Shown: piece by piece, positions 10,121 through 18,780 of the stretch | Layout: each line of letters opens with the position of its first letter | Position numbering within the stretch: position 1 is the stretch's first letter | DNA from: Candidatus Thorarchaeota archaeon | GTDB taxonomy: Archaea > Asgardarchaeota > Thorarchaeia > Thorarchaeales > Thorarchaeaceae | Direction of reading: 5' to 3' | NCBI GenBank assembly: GCA_048882485.1 | Contig: JBHLRP010000014.1 | Coordinates: 1-64,000, forward strand | DNA: 64,000 bases | Position numbers and translations under genes: made by a program | Notes under the pieces: generated by a model | Told to the model about the DNA's origin: nothing | Seen by the model: the letters and a program-made list of their open reading frames with translations, nothing else | Database searches by the model: none

Positions 10121-10184
10121 CGTTGTGGGAGATGTGCGCTGCGCGAGCGCGTGACAGGCCTGCAAGCTGCCACATTCTCCTTTT
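10121..10184 (+). repeat. Duplicated 3' half of the 5S rRNA gene (attR-like remnant)
   Basis: CGTTGTGGGAGATGTGCGCTGCGCGAGCGCGTGACAGGCC is identical to 2552-2591. The 5' half of 5S is absent. Confidence 0.92.
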
Positions 10185-10292
10185 CTCTGATTTCCTTTCT
10201 ACCACTGAGACCTTTTGCAGTCGTCGACTAAGAAGGCACAAATAACAGAATTTTCCAATGCATATTGAGTGTGGGTGATTCTGGGAGAACTG

Positions 10293-11513
10293 ATGGATGT
10301 TCGGCGGAATGTGAAAGTGCTGTCCGCTGGCAACACTATCGTTGCGTCAGTCAACTCATTGTGGATAATGTTCATGCCCTACTTCTTTGCTGACATGGGA
10401 CTCGAGGCTTTCCAGATAGGCCTGATCTTTACGCTATTTGCCATAGTTCGTGCACTTGCTTCACTCGCCGGCGGCAACGCATCTGACAAGAAGGGAAGAA
10501 AACTCATCATTGGCCTGGGGTTTGCTATCTACACTAGCGGCCCGCTCATCATTCTGGGATCGCTGTGGTTTTCATCTTCATCACTTCTCCTCATGGGAAT
10601 GACTGCAATAGCAGGGTATGCATGGATGATGTTTGGCAGCGGCTTTGGTCGACCTGCCTTATCTATGCTGCTGATTGAGAGTAGTCCAGAGAAACAGCGT
10701 GGCCTATCATATATGATAGCGACTAGATTTCTACCCTCCATTCCCCCATCTATTCTGATCCTAGTAGGGACTGCATTATACGGAAGTAACCTGTTCTGGC
10801 TTGGTCTTCTGCTAGGTTTCGTGGGACTACTCACAGTCCTACTCATGTATGTCACTACTCTGAGGGAAACATTCTCAGGGAGAGAACAGGACCAATTGCG
10901 GTCAGTTACTCGTGCCAGAGGTATGCCTTATGATTGGTTCCTGATTCTTTTCGTGCTTGCTTTCGCGCTTGATGGAATCTCAAGCAGTGGCCTCTCATGG
11001 TATGTGCCCTTGTTCCTTGGCAGATCAGAGCTGGATCTCTATGGGCTAATGATATCAATCTCTACCATCGTCATCGCTCTTTCAGCTCTCGTATCAGGAG
11101 GACTTGTTGATCGATTAGGTTCTGCTGCAGCTATTGCAGGAGGATGGACTCTCCTGGCGCTAACAGTAATCGTGTTTCCATTTGCATCGAGTCCTTTTGA
11201 AGTCATTTTCCTCTACTCAGTATGGGCAGGGCTCGACATGGTGGATATCTCGGTTCCTCCGCTAGTCATTGCAGACAGATATTCGAAGGAAAAGAGAACC
11301 TCAATTCTTGGCGCTTTCAATACGACAATCTCACTGGCCAGTATGGTTGGACCTGCCATAATTTCCTTTGCTCTGCTCCTAGGGGATTCAGTGCCATTCG
11401 TTGTGAAGGCACTGATGAATCTTGGAGGCGTTGCGATTTTCATTCTAGCTTCCAAGAGATTCTATTCATCAGCTGACCTACAATCTAACTCGGATACAAA
11501 GGAGTCGTGGTAA
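10293..11513 (+). CDS. MFS transporter
   Basis: About 12 hydrophobic segments, with motif A-like GNASDKKGRK and GGLVDRLG. Confidence 0.9.
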   Translation: MDVRRNVKVLSAGNTIVASVNSLWIMFMPYFFADMGLEAFQIGLIFTLFAIVRALASLAGGNASDKKGRKLIIGLGFAIYTSGPLIILGSLWFSSSSLLLMGMTAIAGYAWMMFGSGFGRPALSMLLIESSPEKQRGLSYMIATRFLPSIPPSILILVGTALYGSNLFWLGLLLGFVGLLTVLLMYVTTLRETFSGREQDQLRSVTRARGMPYDWFLILFVLAFALDGISSSGLSWYVPLFLGRSELDLYGLMISISTIVIALSALVSGGLVDRLGSAAAIAGGWTLLALTVIVFPFASSPFEVIFLYSVWAGLDMVDISVPPLVIADRYSKEKRTSILGAFNTTISLASMVGPAIISFALLLGDSVPFVVKALMNLGGVAIFILASKRFYSSADLQSNSDTKESW

Positions 11514-12001
11514 GAGTGTGTCCAGCAGAGAATAGGAGATCTTCAGTTGCTAAATCATCAGTAGTTACTCTCATTTTGGCAATTATCGCTGTCATAGGTC
11601 CAATTGCAGTCTATCCTGCTGGAAGCTCTGTAGGTAATCTCTCCTATCAAGTGATCGCCTTTCCTTGGCAGATTATTGATAATACATTGATACTCCTAAA
11701 CCCATTCAGAATGTCTATCTTCTTCCCACTTGTCATTCCACGACCCGCCTTTTCATATATGCTAATCCGATACTACAAGGGTAACACAACACGAGGACGC
11801 GCAATCTTCATTGGGCTCTTGAGCGAACTCCAGATTGTCGCTCTGTCGATATCCATGATTCTCGTCAGAGGACTATATCCAATCGGTTCGTATATCCAAG
11901 TTGCCCTTCCATTTCCCTTACTCTTTGTCGTTGGTTTGATTCTCCTCTTGTTTCATAAGAAACAAGAGCCAACTACATCTTGGGATGAATCAAAGGACTG
12001 A
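11507..12001 (+). CDS. Hypothetical membrane protein
   Basis: 164 aa with about 4 TM segments. Overlaps the MFS stop. Confidence 0.7.
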   Translation: MVRVCPAENRRSSVAKSSVVTLILAIIAVIGPIAVYPAGSSVGNLSYQVIAFPWQIIDNTLILLNPFRMSIFFPLVIPRPAFSYMLIRYYKGNTTRGRAIFIGLLSELQIVALSISMILVRGLYPIGSYIQVALPFPLLFVVGLILLLFHKKQEPTTSWDESKD

Positions 12002-12026
12002 TGAGTGTCCTCTGGCAGATTTTTCC

Positions 12027-12914
12027 TTACAGGCTCGCGAATCCAATATGACTGTCAAGACTCTGTTTCAGAACTCTCTCAACCTTTTCGTGTTCGGTCA
12101 GGTCTGTAGCTACTAATGGATGAACCTCCATGTTGAAGACCTTCTCAACAACTGATGGCGCCAGAGCATTGGGCTGGTCTTGTTTATTGGCTATCACTGT
12201 CAGAGAAGCTGTTTCTGCATAGCTCCTGATCTCAGATGCCAGCTTCTGAGACTCCAAGACGTTCTTCAGAGTTGAGTCTGTCAACAACAGTATGACATCA
12301 ACATTGACTAGACATGATTCCCAGACTTTGTTTACTTCATCATCTCCTCCGAGGTCCCATAGATCAACAGTGCAGTTTGAGATGTCCATTCCATCAAGAC
12401 TCTCAGTGTTCATGCCCATCGTGGGAACATAGACCTCGGGAGGTCTCAGTCCAAGCAGCAAGTGCAAGGTGGTCGTCTTTCCAACACCCCTAGTTCCAAT
12501 TAGAGCAACCACGAGCTTGGATTCTAAGAATGGGGTCACAATCTCGGTATACTTCTTGAACACCTTTGTGATTGACTGACTCTCCAACTCACTTCTTACT
12601 GTCCGACCGGACCGCCGTACTCTATCTGCAATCATCTTGTCTGATTCTTTGCCGTCTGTGATGATGATAACAAATAGGTCATCAATGCATTCGTATGCAT
12701 ACCATTTACTGTTGTTGAAATTCCGTTTTAGCACAGACCCCTTTCTGAGTTTGGACTTTTGTTCAATAATCCATGGAGTCAATTCTGATAGTATCTTTTT
12801 CTCGTCATCGATTGGCCAAATTCTGGCCCATGACTTCTTGATTTTTGGGGCAACCTTTAGCAAGATACTACCTAGGATCAAGAGAATACCTTCTGTGTCA
12901 TCCATATTTCCCAT
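12027..12914 (-). CDS. Arf/Ras-superfamily small GTPase with an N-terminal longin-like domain
   Basis: G1 GTRGVGKTT, G2 YVPTMG, G3 WDLGG, G4 NKQD. A ~130-aa N-terminal alpha/beta domain precedes the GTPase. Confidence 0.85.
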   Translation of the reverse strand: MGNMDDTEGILLILGSILLKVAPKIKKSWARIWPIDDEKKILSELTPWIIEQKSKLRKGSVLKRNFNNSKWYAYECIDDLFVIIITDGKESDKMIADRVRRSGRTVRSELESQSITKVFKKYTEIVTPFLESKLVVALIGTRGVGKTTTLHLLLGLRPPEVYVPTMGMNTESLDGMDISNCTVDLWDLGGDDEVNKVWESCLVNVDVILLLTDSTLKNVLESQKLASEIRSYAETASLTVIANKQDQPNALAPSVVEKVFNMEVHPLVATDLTEHEKVERVLKQSLDSHIGFASL

Positions 12915-13005
12915 TCAACATCAGACAGTTGCAGACTACGTATTTCTAACATTGTGTGACACATCACACGGAACTTCAAATCTTTCACCAAAATCCTCCA
13001 AAAAC

Positions 13006-13467
13006 CTACAACTGTTTCTTGAAGAGCCGTCTATTCCATGGAGCGACCAGTATGACAAACTCAACTAGTGATATAGCTAAAAAGAGAGAGATGAAGACTA
13101 TCATTTCCACCCCAATTGCTATGGTTGCAAAAAGCGCAGGTAGGTTCCAGAAAACGAAGAACGCTGACATTCCACTTACCACTGTGCAATATCCCCAAGA
13201 GCCCCATCCTAGATTCAAGAGATGGACTGCCATGCCCATATCTAGAACTCCTAATAGTAGTGGAAATGGCATGATGGCGATGACCGGATCTATTCCGCCG
13301 GTGTTCACGGACTGGTAATAGAACAAGATGTAGCCAATAACGCTACTCCAGCCCCTGACGAAATGCAGGAAAGCCGCCAGTTTGACTATATTATGTTTCT
13401 TGGTGAATGTGTTCTCTGCATTTGAAAAGTTGGTTGCAGAACTAGGCTGTTTCATAAGGTTCACCAA
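13006..13467 (-). CDS. Hypothetical membrane protein
   Basis: 153 aa with about 4 TM segments, co-oriented with its neighbours. Confidence 0.65.
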   Translation of the reverse strand: MVNLMKQPSSATNFSNAENTFTKKHNIVKLAAFLHFVRGWSSVIGYILFYYQSVNTGGIDPVIAIMPFPLLLGVLDMGMAVHLLNLGWGSWGYCTVVSGMSAFFVFWNLPALFATIAIGVEMIVFISLFLAISLVEFVILVAPWNRRLFKKQL

Positions 13468-13478
13468 TCACAAGACAC

Positions 13479-15515
13479 CTACTCCCCCTCCTCTGAAAAG
13501 GTCTTCCTCATTGATCTCACCTGTGATAGAAAACCAGTGACATCATCATTCCAAGACCCATCGTCAGTCAATAGACGTTGATACAGAGTTCTGGTGTAGT
13601 TCCATAATGCCCTTGGCTGGAGACACCGAATTGTGAGCCTTTCTTCCTGCCCCCTTGCAGGCAACTCAGACATTAAACTGTAAACGTCCTCATTTGGCAT
13701 TCTGGAGAAGACAATCAGCATCTTCCCTTCATCATCAATCATTACCAGTGAAATGGGAGTATACTCAAGGAACGCATTTGCAAGAGCATATACACTTCCA
13801 GGTGATCCCTGAACAACGGTGAACAGAGAAATAAGACTGGGTTCATCTGGTTGATACGCAATATTCACTATCTTCTTCTCCGAGAACCGCGTCAGGACTG
13901 ACTTTACCTTAGCCCTAGTCAGACCCAAATAATCCATGAGCTTCTTGTCCTCAAAATCAGCTAAGTAGAAAGTGCTAGCAGCAGCATCAAGTACCTTGGC
14001 CTCATCATGATTGATTTGATGAATCTGTGTACCTTTCCATTTTCCGTAGCGTGATTTGAGCTTCCGAATTGTGCTTTTCCTTGCAACAGACCCCACAATC
14101 TTGGTTGCGGAAGTCTTCCATCCCTCATTGCTGTCGAAAAGTTGGTGATTCACAACTCTTGCAGACCAAGCAACGTCCGTCACACTGGGTAGCGCTCTTC
14201 GAACACGTTCTGCGGAGTGTGACGGCATATGCATGATCTGTAGATAGGGAGGATTCTCTCCCAATTCTCCCAGTCTGGTGATCCATGCCATATGTTTGTG
14301 GGGCCACCTATGCGCCGAACCGAAATATGCCAGAGTATGAAGGCCAATTGCACGTGTCTTGATATGTGCTCGTAGTTGTACGCCAGAACTTAGCAGGGCA
14401 AAACGGTTTATCCATGCTTTTGTGCTGCGTTTTGCAGCTGATCTACTCACAGGCAAAGAATTGGCGACACTATCAGACTGATTGAGGTCAATAATGAATT
14501 TCCTAACACGACTATACCAACTAGGAAACATTGCGTATACTTTGTCCCAGAATATCAACCAAGGTGTTTTCTCAGCTAGTGTCGGTGAGGGGCGATCTGG
14601 GAGTTCCAGTTGTCTTCTCTCAGCCATGTTCATTAGTCGAACATACTGCGGAGGATCCACGCCATCGATAATGCACTGAATATGTCCCATGACGAGTGTT
14701 CGTAGAGTTGGAGTGGCATTTAGTCCTCCAAAGAAATCAACCGGATCAGCTTTGGGGATCTCTCTCTTTGTAATCCATGCAAGAAATGCCATTAGTTCTT
14801 CTCGAACATCTGATGGGAAAGATAGAGGCACCAAGGGCTCTAACGACTCCCGTATATCACTTCCAATTTTCAGGTCTGGTATAACAACGCCCTTTATTAG
14901 CTCCGCAATCTTCTCTAGGGGAGGCGACGGTGCTTTGAGCATCCGTAGGGCATTCTCTCTAGCTCTTTCGGGATCCTCCTGACCAAAGTATCTATTCACA
15001 GACTCGATTAGTTCCCAATCCTCCTGCAGTTCCAGGACCCCACCCTCATATTTCTGAATCATGTGACTCTCGTATATCGTGTCTGAGCTGCTATCAGAAA
15101 TCGTAAGCCAATAATTCTGGCTATCCTTTACAGGTTGCACTATGAAGATTGCCTCATCCTTGCCGCCCAAAACCCTGCCATACCATCCCACTGTGGCTGG
15201 AGGCCAAAATGGGTCTGGCATCTGTCCCATCCCTCGTGAGTATGGTTTCTTTGTCACAAGTATCGGCTTGAGGAATACTTCGAGCTTCTGGTTGAACGGT
15301 TCAGCCTGACTCCTTCCATCCTTTCCGACAACGATTGTAGTCAATGGAGTGAAGTATTCGTCACCAGAACCGGCATGGAGTACTTCTCCGGTGATGGATC
15401 TTATCATCACTTCGTCTTTTGATACTACTAGGTTTCCCCTATCTCCTGAACTACAGTAGACGGGCAAGCTTGTGAACCTAGTCCACTCTCTCAACCAGCT
15501 GCACACTCTTCCCAA
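13479..15515 (-). CDS. Hypothetical protein, possibly with a C-terminal wHTH/Lrp-like region (true start likely ~15407-15428)
   Basis: 678-aa ORF. C-terminal LGLTRAKVKSVLTRFSEKKIV resembles a wHTH. Confidence 0.7.
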   Translation of the reverse strand: MGRVCSWLREWTRFTSLPVYCSSGDRGNLVVSKDEVMIRSITGEVLHAGSGDEYFTPLTTIVVGKDGRSQAEPFNQKLEVFLKPILVTKKPYSRGMGQMPDPFWPPATVGWYGRVLGGKDEAIFIVQPVKDSQNYWLTISDSSSDTIYESHMIQKYEGGVLELQEDWELIESVNRYFGQEDPERARENALRMLKAPSPPLEKIAELIKGVVIPDLKIGSDIRESLEPLVPLSFPSDVREELMAFLAWITKREIPKADPVDFFGGLNATPTLRTLVMGHIQCIIDGVDPPQYVRLMNMAERRQLELPDRPSPTLAEKTPWLIFWDKVYAMFPSWYSRVRKFIIDLNQSDSVANSLPVSRSAAKRSTKAWINRFALLSSGVQLRAHIKTRAIGLHTLAYFGSAHRWPHKHMAWITRLGELGENPPYLQIMHMPSHSAERVRRALPSVTDVAWSARVVNHQLFDSNEGWKTSATKIVGSVARKSTIRKLKSRYGKWKGTQIHQINHDEAKVLDAAASTFYLADFEDKKLMDYLGLTRAKVKSVLTRFSEKKIVNIAYQPDEPSLISLFTVVQGSPGSVYALANAFLEYTPISLVMIDDEGKMLIVFSRMPNEDVYSLMSELPARGQEERLTIRCLQPRALWNYTRTLYQRLLTDDGSWNDDVTGFLSQVRSMRKTFSEEGE

Positions 15516-15674
15516 TCAGACTTTGGGTCGGATATTAGATTATCCATGCATGTATAGGAGTGAGTCGCGGGCAGTGAGGTCCTGGCTTGATAGCCAGATC
15601 AAAAAGCCTGCTTGCTACCAAGGTTCAGGGTAAAATGGTCTACCTGGATGCTTTGATTTCATTGACTTGCTCAC

Positions 15675-15781
15675 CTACTCAGCCGTCGTGTTCCTCGAAC
15701 GTTAACTTCCAATAGGCGAGTTTTACATTCGGGCCCTCATGATCTGTCGAAAACTGGCATCTGGAAGCCTCATCATAGCAG
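15675..15781 (-). ncRNA. Candidate long box C/D RNA
   Basis: Perfect box C ATGATGA (15776-15770) and box D CTGA (15682-15679). A 4-bp closing stem CTGC/GTAG is in K-turn register. Internal hairpin present. Intergenic. Confidence 0.45.
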
Positions 15782-15842
15782 CTTCATGAGTGGCCTTTAT
15801 TACACTCATAATGAAAATGACTTGTTTGCCACACAGAATACT

Positions 15843-16709
15843 CTAAGAACTGACATCCTTGCTTACGAGAATGCCTCTCAATTTATGCAATGGTAGCCTG
15901 ATTTTCCCCTTGATATGTAAAATTGTCAATATAATGAGCAGGAAAGAGGAGCACCAAAGAATAATCGCCACAGCTGCATCAAAGGCCACAAACCATGGTG
16001 CTATGCCATCCAAGGTCGCTGTGAGATAATTCGAGTCAAATGTATATGTCGTACTACCTGCAGTCTGAAGAACAGATGCACTCGGATTGATATCGCTATT
16101 GTATTTCTCTATCCTTATCTGGATATCCTCTTCCGAGAGGAGGATTTCAGAACCGTCATCCATGACAAATGTGAGCCCTGAGAAAACGAATGTGCCTCCG
16201 TAATCAGCGATATGCGACGTCACTGCGTCGTCATCTAAGATGGATGTCTTAACTACCAATTGACTGTCCCTGATTGTATTGTTGAGCATGAACATCGGAT
16301 TAATCGAAAGCATGTCGTGTGGAAATCCTGCACTATCATGCCACTTGGGGTAGAACGCAACATAGTCTGCCAGTACGTTTCTAACCACTGGTCTTCCCAA
16401 CATAGTCCTCCCATAATAGAATCCTACTAGGAGGTACAAGGTGTGCTTACTGTAGTATAGACTACCTCCTATGTTTTCCTGCGAATATGTATAGGTGACT
16501 CTGAATGTAGCACGAATTAAGAATAGCTCCACGCCGTCCTCGAGTTGGAATGACAGTCTGTAACCAAACTTGTCTATGGTACTCATCCTTAGGGCTGGAA
16601 CAAAATCACGACCTTGAATATCAGCAGCATGAACAGAAGGAAGCATGACTCCAGGAATCACCATTAGAAGGAAGAGGATCCATGTGAATGGACGTCCAGC
16701 CCGAGTCAT
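15843..16709 (-). CDS. Secreted/membrane-anchored hypothetical protein
   Basis: N-terminal signal peptide ending VHA-A, and a C-terminal TM helix with a basic tail. Confidence 0.75.
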   Translation of the reverse strand: MTRAGRPFTWILFLLMVIPGVMLPSVHAADIQGRDFVPALRMSTIDKFGYRLSFQLEDGVELFLIRATFRVTYTYSQENIGGSLYYSKHTLYLLVGFYYGRTMLGRPVVRNVLADYVAFYPKWHDSAGFPHDMLSINPMFMLNNTIRDSQLVVKTSILDDDAVTSHIADYGGTFVFSGLTFVMDDGSEILLSEEDIQIRIEKYNSDINPSASVLQTAGSTTYTFDSNYLTATLDGIAPWFVAFDAAVAIILWCSSFLLIILTILHIKGKIRLPLHKLRGILVSKDVSS

Positions 16710-16859
16710 GATGATGCTACAACTCCAATTTGTGTGAAAACAGACTACCCGTAGCTAAAAAGTGGTTGCTATATCAGCAATTGTGGCAAATGAGAAACCC
16801 TAATGGAACCCGATTGACGAAAGGTTCTTAACTCGTTCCAGCATCCTGCCCCTCGATTC

Positions 16860-16997
16860 GGGGCGGTGGCCTAGTCCGGTATGGCGACGGGCTCCAGATC
16901 TAGATGCATTTCGCGTCTGAATAGCGGGGTCAAAACGCTGACCGTCGTCGTAGAAGACACTCGTCGATCGTGGGTTCGAATCCCATCCGCCCCACCA
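16860..16997 (+). tRNA. tRNA-Trp(CCA) with a 61-nt intron at 37/38 (16898-16958)
   Basis: Acceptor stem GGGGCGG/CCGCCCC, anticodon arm ACGGG-CTCCAG|A-CTCGT, T-loop TTCGAAT, encoded CCA. Confidence 0.92.
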
Positions 16998-17056
16998 CTT
17001 TCAATTCTACGCGAGCTGTCGAGTATACAATAAGCAAGATGGAATGGTCCCAGAAC

Positions 17057-17746
17057 ATGAGCAATAAGGGGGAAGTCTTGAGAGGAGTAGCAGGGGTTGA
17101 CGAGGCAGGCCGGGGGCCAATGATAGGGCCCCTGGTTATTGCTGGAGTCTTAGTTCGAGAAGATAAGCTACCAGGGCTTGAAGCCAGTGGAGTGAGAGAT
17201 TCAAAGACCCTCTCTCCAAAACGGAGGGGCATCTTGGCAGAAGTGATTGCTGGACTTGTTGACAGGACTGAGATAAGTGTCGTGACGGCATTTGAGATAG
17301 ATAGTCTTAGAGGCAGGGGAGTTTCTCTCAACGAGATTGAGGTTCAGCAGTTCGTTTCAGTCCTCTCAAAGCTGCGTCCAAAGACTGCTTATCTTGATGC
17401 AGCAGATGTCAAAGCAGACAGATTCGGGGACATTATTGGAGACCGGAGTGGGCTAACAGCCCTTGGTTGCAAAATCATATCAGAACATAAGGCTGACTCG
17501 AAGTTTCCAATCGTGTCTGCTGCATCGATTATTGCCAAAGAAGAGCGAGAGCGCATCGTTGCTAGTCTACATCAAAAATATGGCAACTTTGGTTCTGGCT
17601 ATCCCTCAGATCCAACTTCCGTAGATTTCATCCGTAAACTCATTGAAGATGGAGAAAAACTCCCACCGATTGTGAGAAAGAGTTGGGAGTCAGTCAGAAA
17701 ACTTCAGGATGATGCAGAAACAACACAACAGACACTAGATGTCTAG
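17057..17746 (+). CDS. rnhB: Ribonuclease HII
   Basis: GVDEAGRGP, DSK, HKADSKFPIVSAASIIAK, GSGYPSDP. Start placed downstream of the tRNA. Confidence 0.95.
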   Translation: MSNKGEVLRGVAGVDEAGRGPMIGPLVIAGVLVREDKLPGLEASGVRDSKTLSPKRRGILAEVIAGLVDRTEISVVTAFEIDSLRGRGVSLNEIEVQQFVSVLSKLRPKTAYLDAADVKADRFGDIIGDRSGLTALGCKIISEHKADSKFPIVSAASIIAKEERERIVASLHQKYGNFGSGYPSDPTSVDFIRKLIEDGEKLPPIVRKSWESVRKLQDDAETTQQTLDV

Positions 17747-17749
17747 CCT

Positions 17750-18709
17750 TCATTCAGACCTTTCGTTTATTATCTTCTTCAGCTTATGAGGTTCGTCAAT
17801 ATCTTCAAGTTCTAGCTGTCTGATAACAGGTAAATCTGAAACGGCCTGTTCGGTCTTTCCCTCTTCCACAATGAGCACTGCATCTGACTCTGTGACCTCG
17901 GACACACTCTTGAGAATATCCACTCGCTTTTTCAAAGCCTTGCTCTTGATTGAACCAACACCTGTCATCAGAGGTGGGCCTTCCTCCTTTGCGATTACAT
18001 GGAATGGAGCTCTGTCAGTCCATAACACACTCATTTCCAGCTTTTCAAAGAAGTCCTTGACTCGTTGGGCTAGGTCAAGGTTTTCTATCGATGCTGCTGT
18101 CTGAGGCTGTTCATCAGGAATTGCCACGGAACTTAGCAGGTCCACAGGAATAATCAGGTCGGTCTTCAATTCCCTCTCAAGTTTGTCTGCTGCCTCAACA
18201 CTGACAGCCATCTCATTCTTCTCATAAGCAAGGACAGCCCTAGCAGAGACCTGAATGCAATCAGCCAGTTCCTCCTGAGTCATGTTGAGCGAGAGCCTGA
18301 CCTCCTTTAGCTTCTCGCCATCTATAGACACGAATCGCCCTCCACGCTGGATAAATTGTCGAGGCTGCTGTTCTTCAACAATCATCCTTTCAAAACTGTG
18401 AGGTGCAATGGTTGGGACACCATATCTCTTGTACACAACGCCATCGTCAAGAGTTCCTCTTCGAGTAGTCTTGCCCACAATCAGTGGAATGGCATCGAAG
18501 AACTGAGCTACGAGCTGCAATACAATGGCATCGTCCTTCTTTAATGCATCAATATTAGCGAGGGTCTTGATCAAGATGATCTTGTCGTCCTTGCGTGCAA
18601 CCACGTCAAAACAGCTTGGTCTGACATCACAATGCGATGATATATCGAACCCAGCCTCCACTAGATGTGATGTGACTTCCTGCATTAGCTGAGTTCGTGC
18701 TTTTGTCAT
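17750..18709 (-). CDS. Archaeal HTH transcriptional regulator (COG1395-type)
   Basis: RPSCFDVVARK N-terminus, GVVYKRYG, and a central Cro/XRE HTH. Confidence 0.85.
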   Translation of the reverse strand: MTKARTQLMQEVTSHLVEAGFDISSHCDVRPSCFDVVARKDDKIILIKTLANIDALKKDDAIVLQLVAQFFDAIPLIVGKTTRRGTLDDGVVYKRYGVPTIAPHSFERMIVEEQQPRQFIQRGGRFVSIDGEKLKEVRLSLNMTQEELADCIQVSARAVLAYEKNEMAVSVEAADKLERELKTDLIIPVDLLSSVAIPDEQPQTAASIENLDLAQRVKDFFEKLEMSVLWTDRAPFHVIAKEEGPPLMTGVGSIKSKALKKRVDILKSVSEVTESDAVLIVEEGKTEQAVSDLPVIRQLELEDIDEPHKLKKIINERSE

Positions 18710-18780
18710 TATTACTCGGACCTAAGGTCTCATCTGCCTTTGAAGGTTTTTAGCCATTGCTGATTGTGAAAAATGCCAGG

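Larger units (their letters stand above)
2552..10184. mobile_element. Genomic island integrated in the 5S rRNA gene, bounded by 64-bp direct repeats (attL/attR-like)
   Basis: 2552-2615 and 10121-10184 match at 61/64 positions, with the first 40 bp identical. The enclosed genes are TPR/HEAT accessory genes, one visibly AT-rich. No integrase recognised. Confidence 0.75.

Noticed and set aside
15731-15796. SECIS element (ATGA...AAAA hairpin) and selenoprotein readthrough
   Set aside because: The ATGA is Watson-Crick paired rather than forming a GA quartet, and I found no adjacent gene with a credible in-frame TGA.
15541-15840. SRP RNA or RNase P RNA
   Set aside because: The conserved SRP helix 8 and RNase P CR-I/CR-V sequences are absent on both strands.
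16970-17056. N-terminal extension of RNase HII in the ORF track
   Set aside because: It overlaps tRNA-Trp. The true start is downstream.
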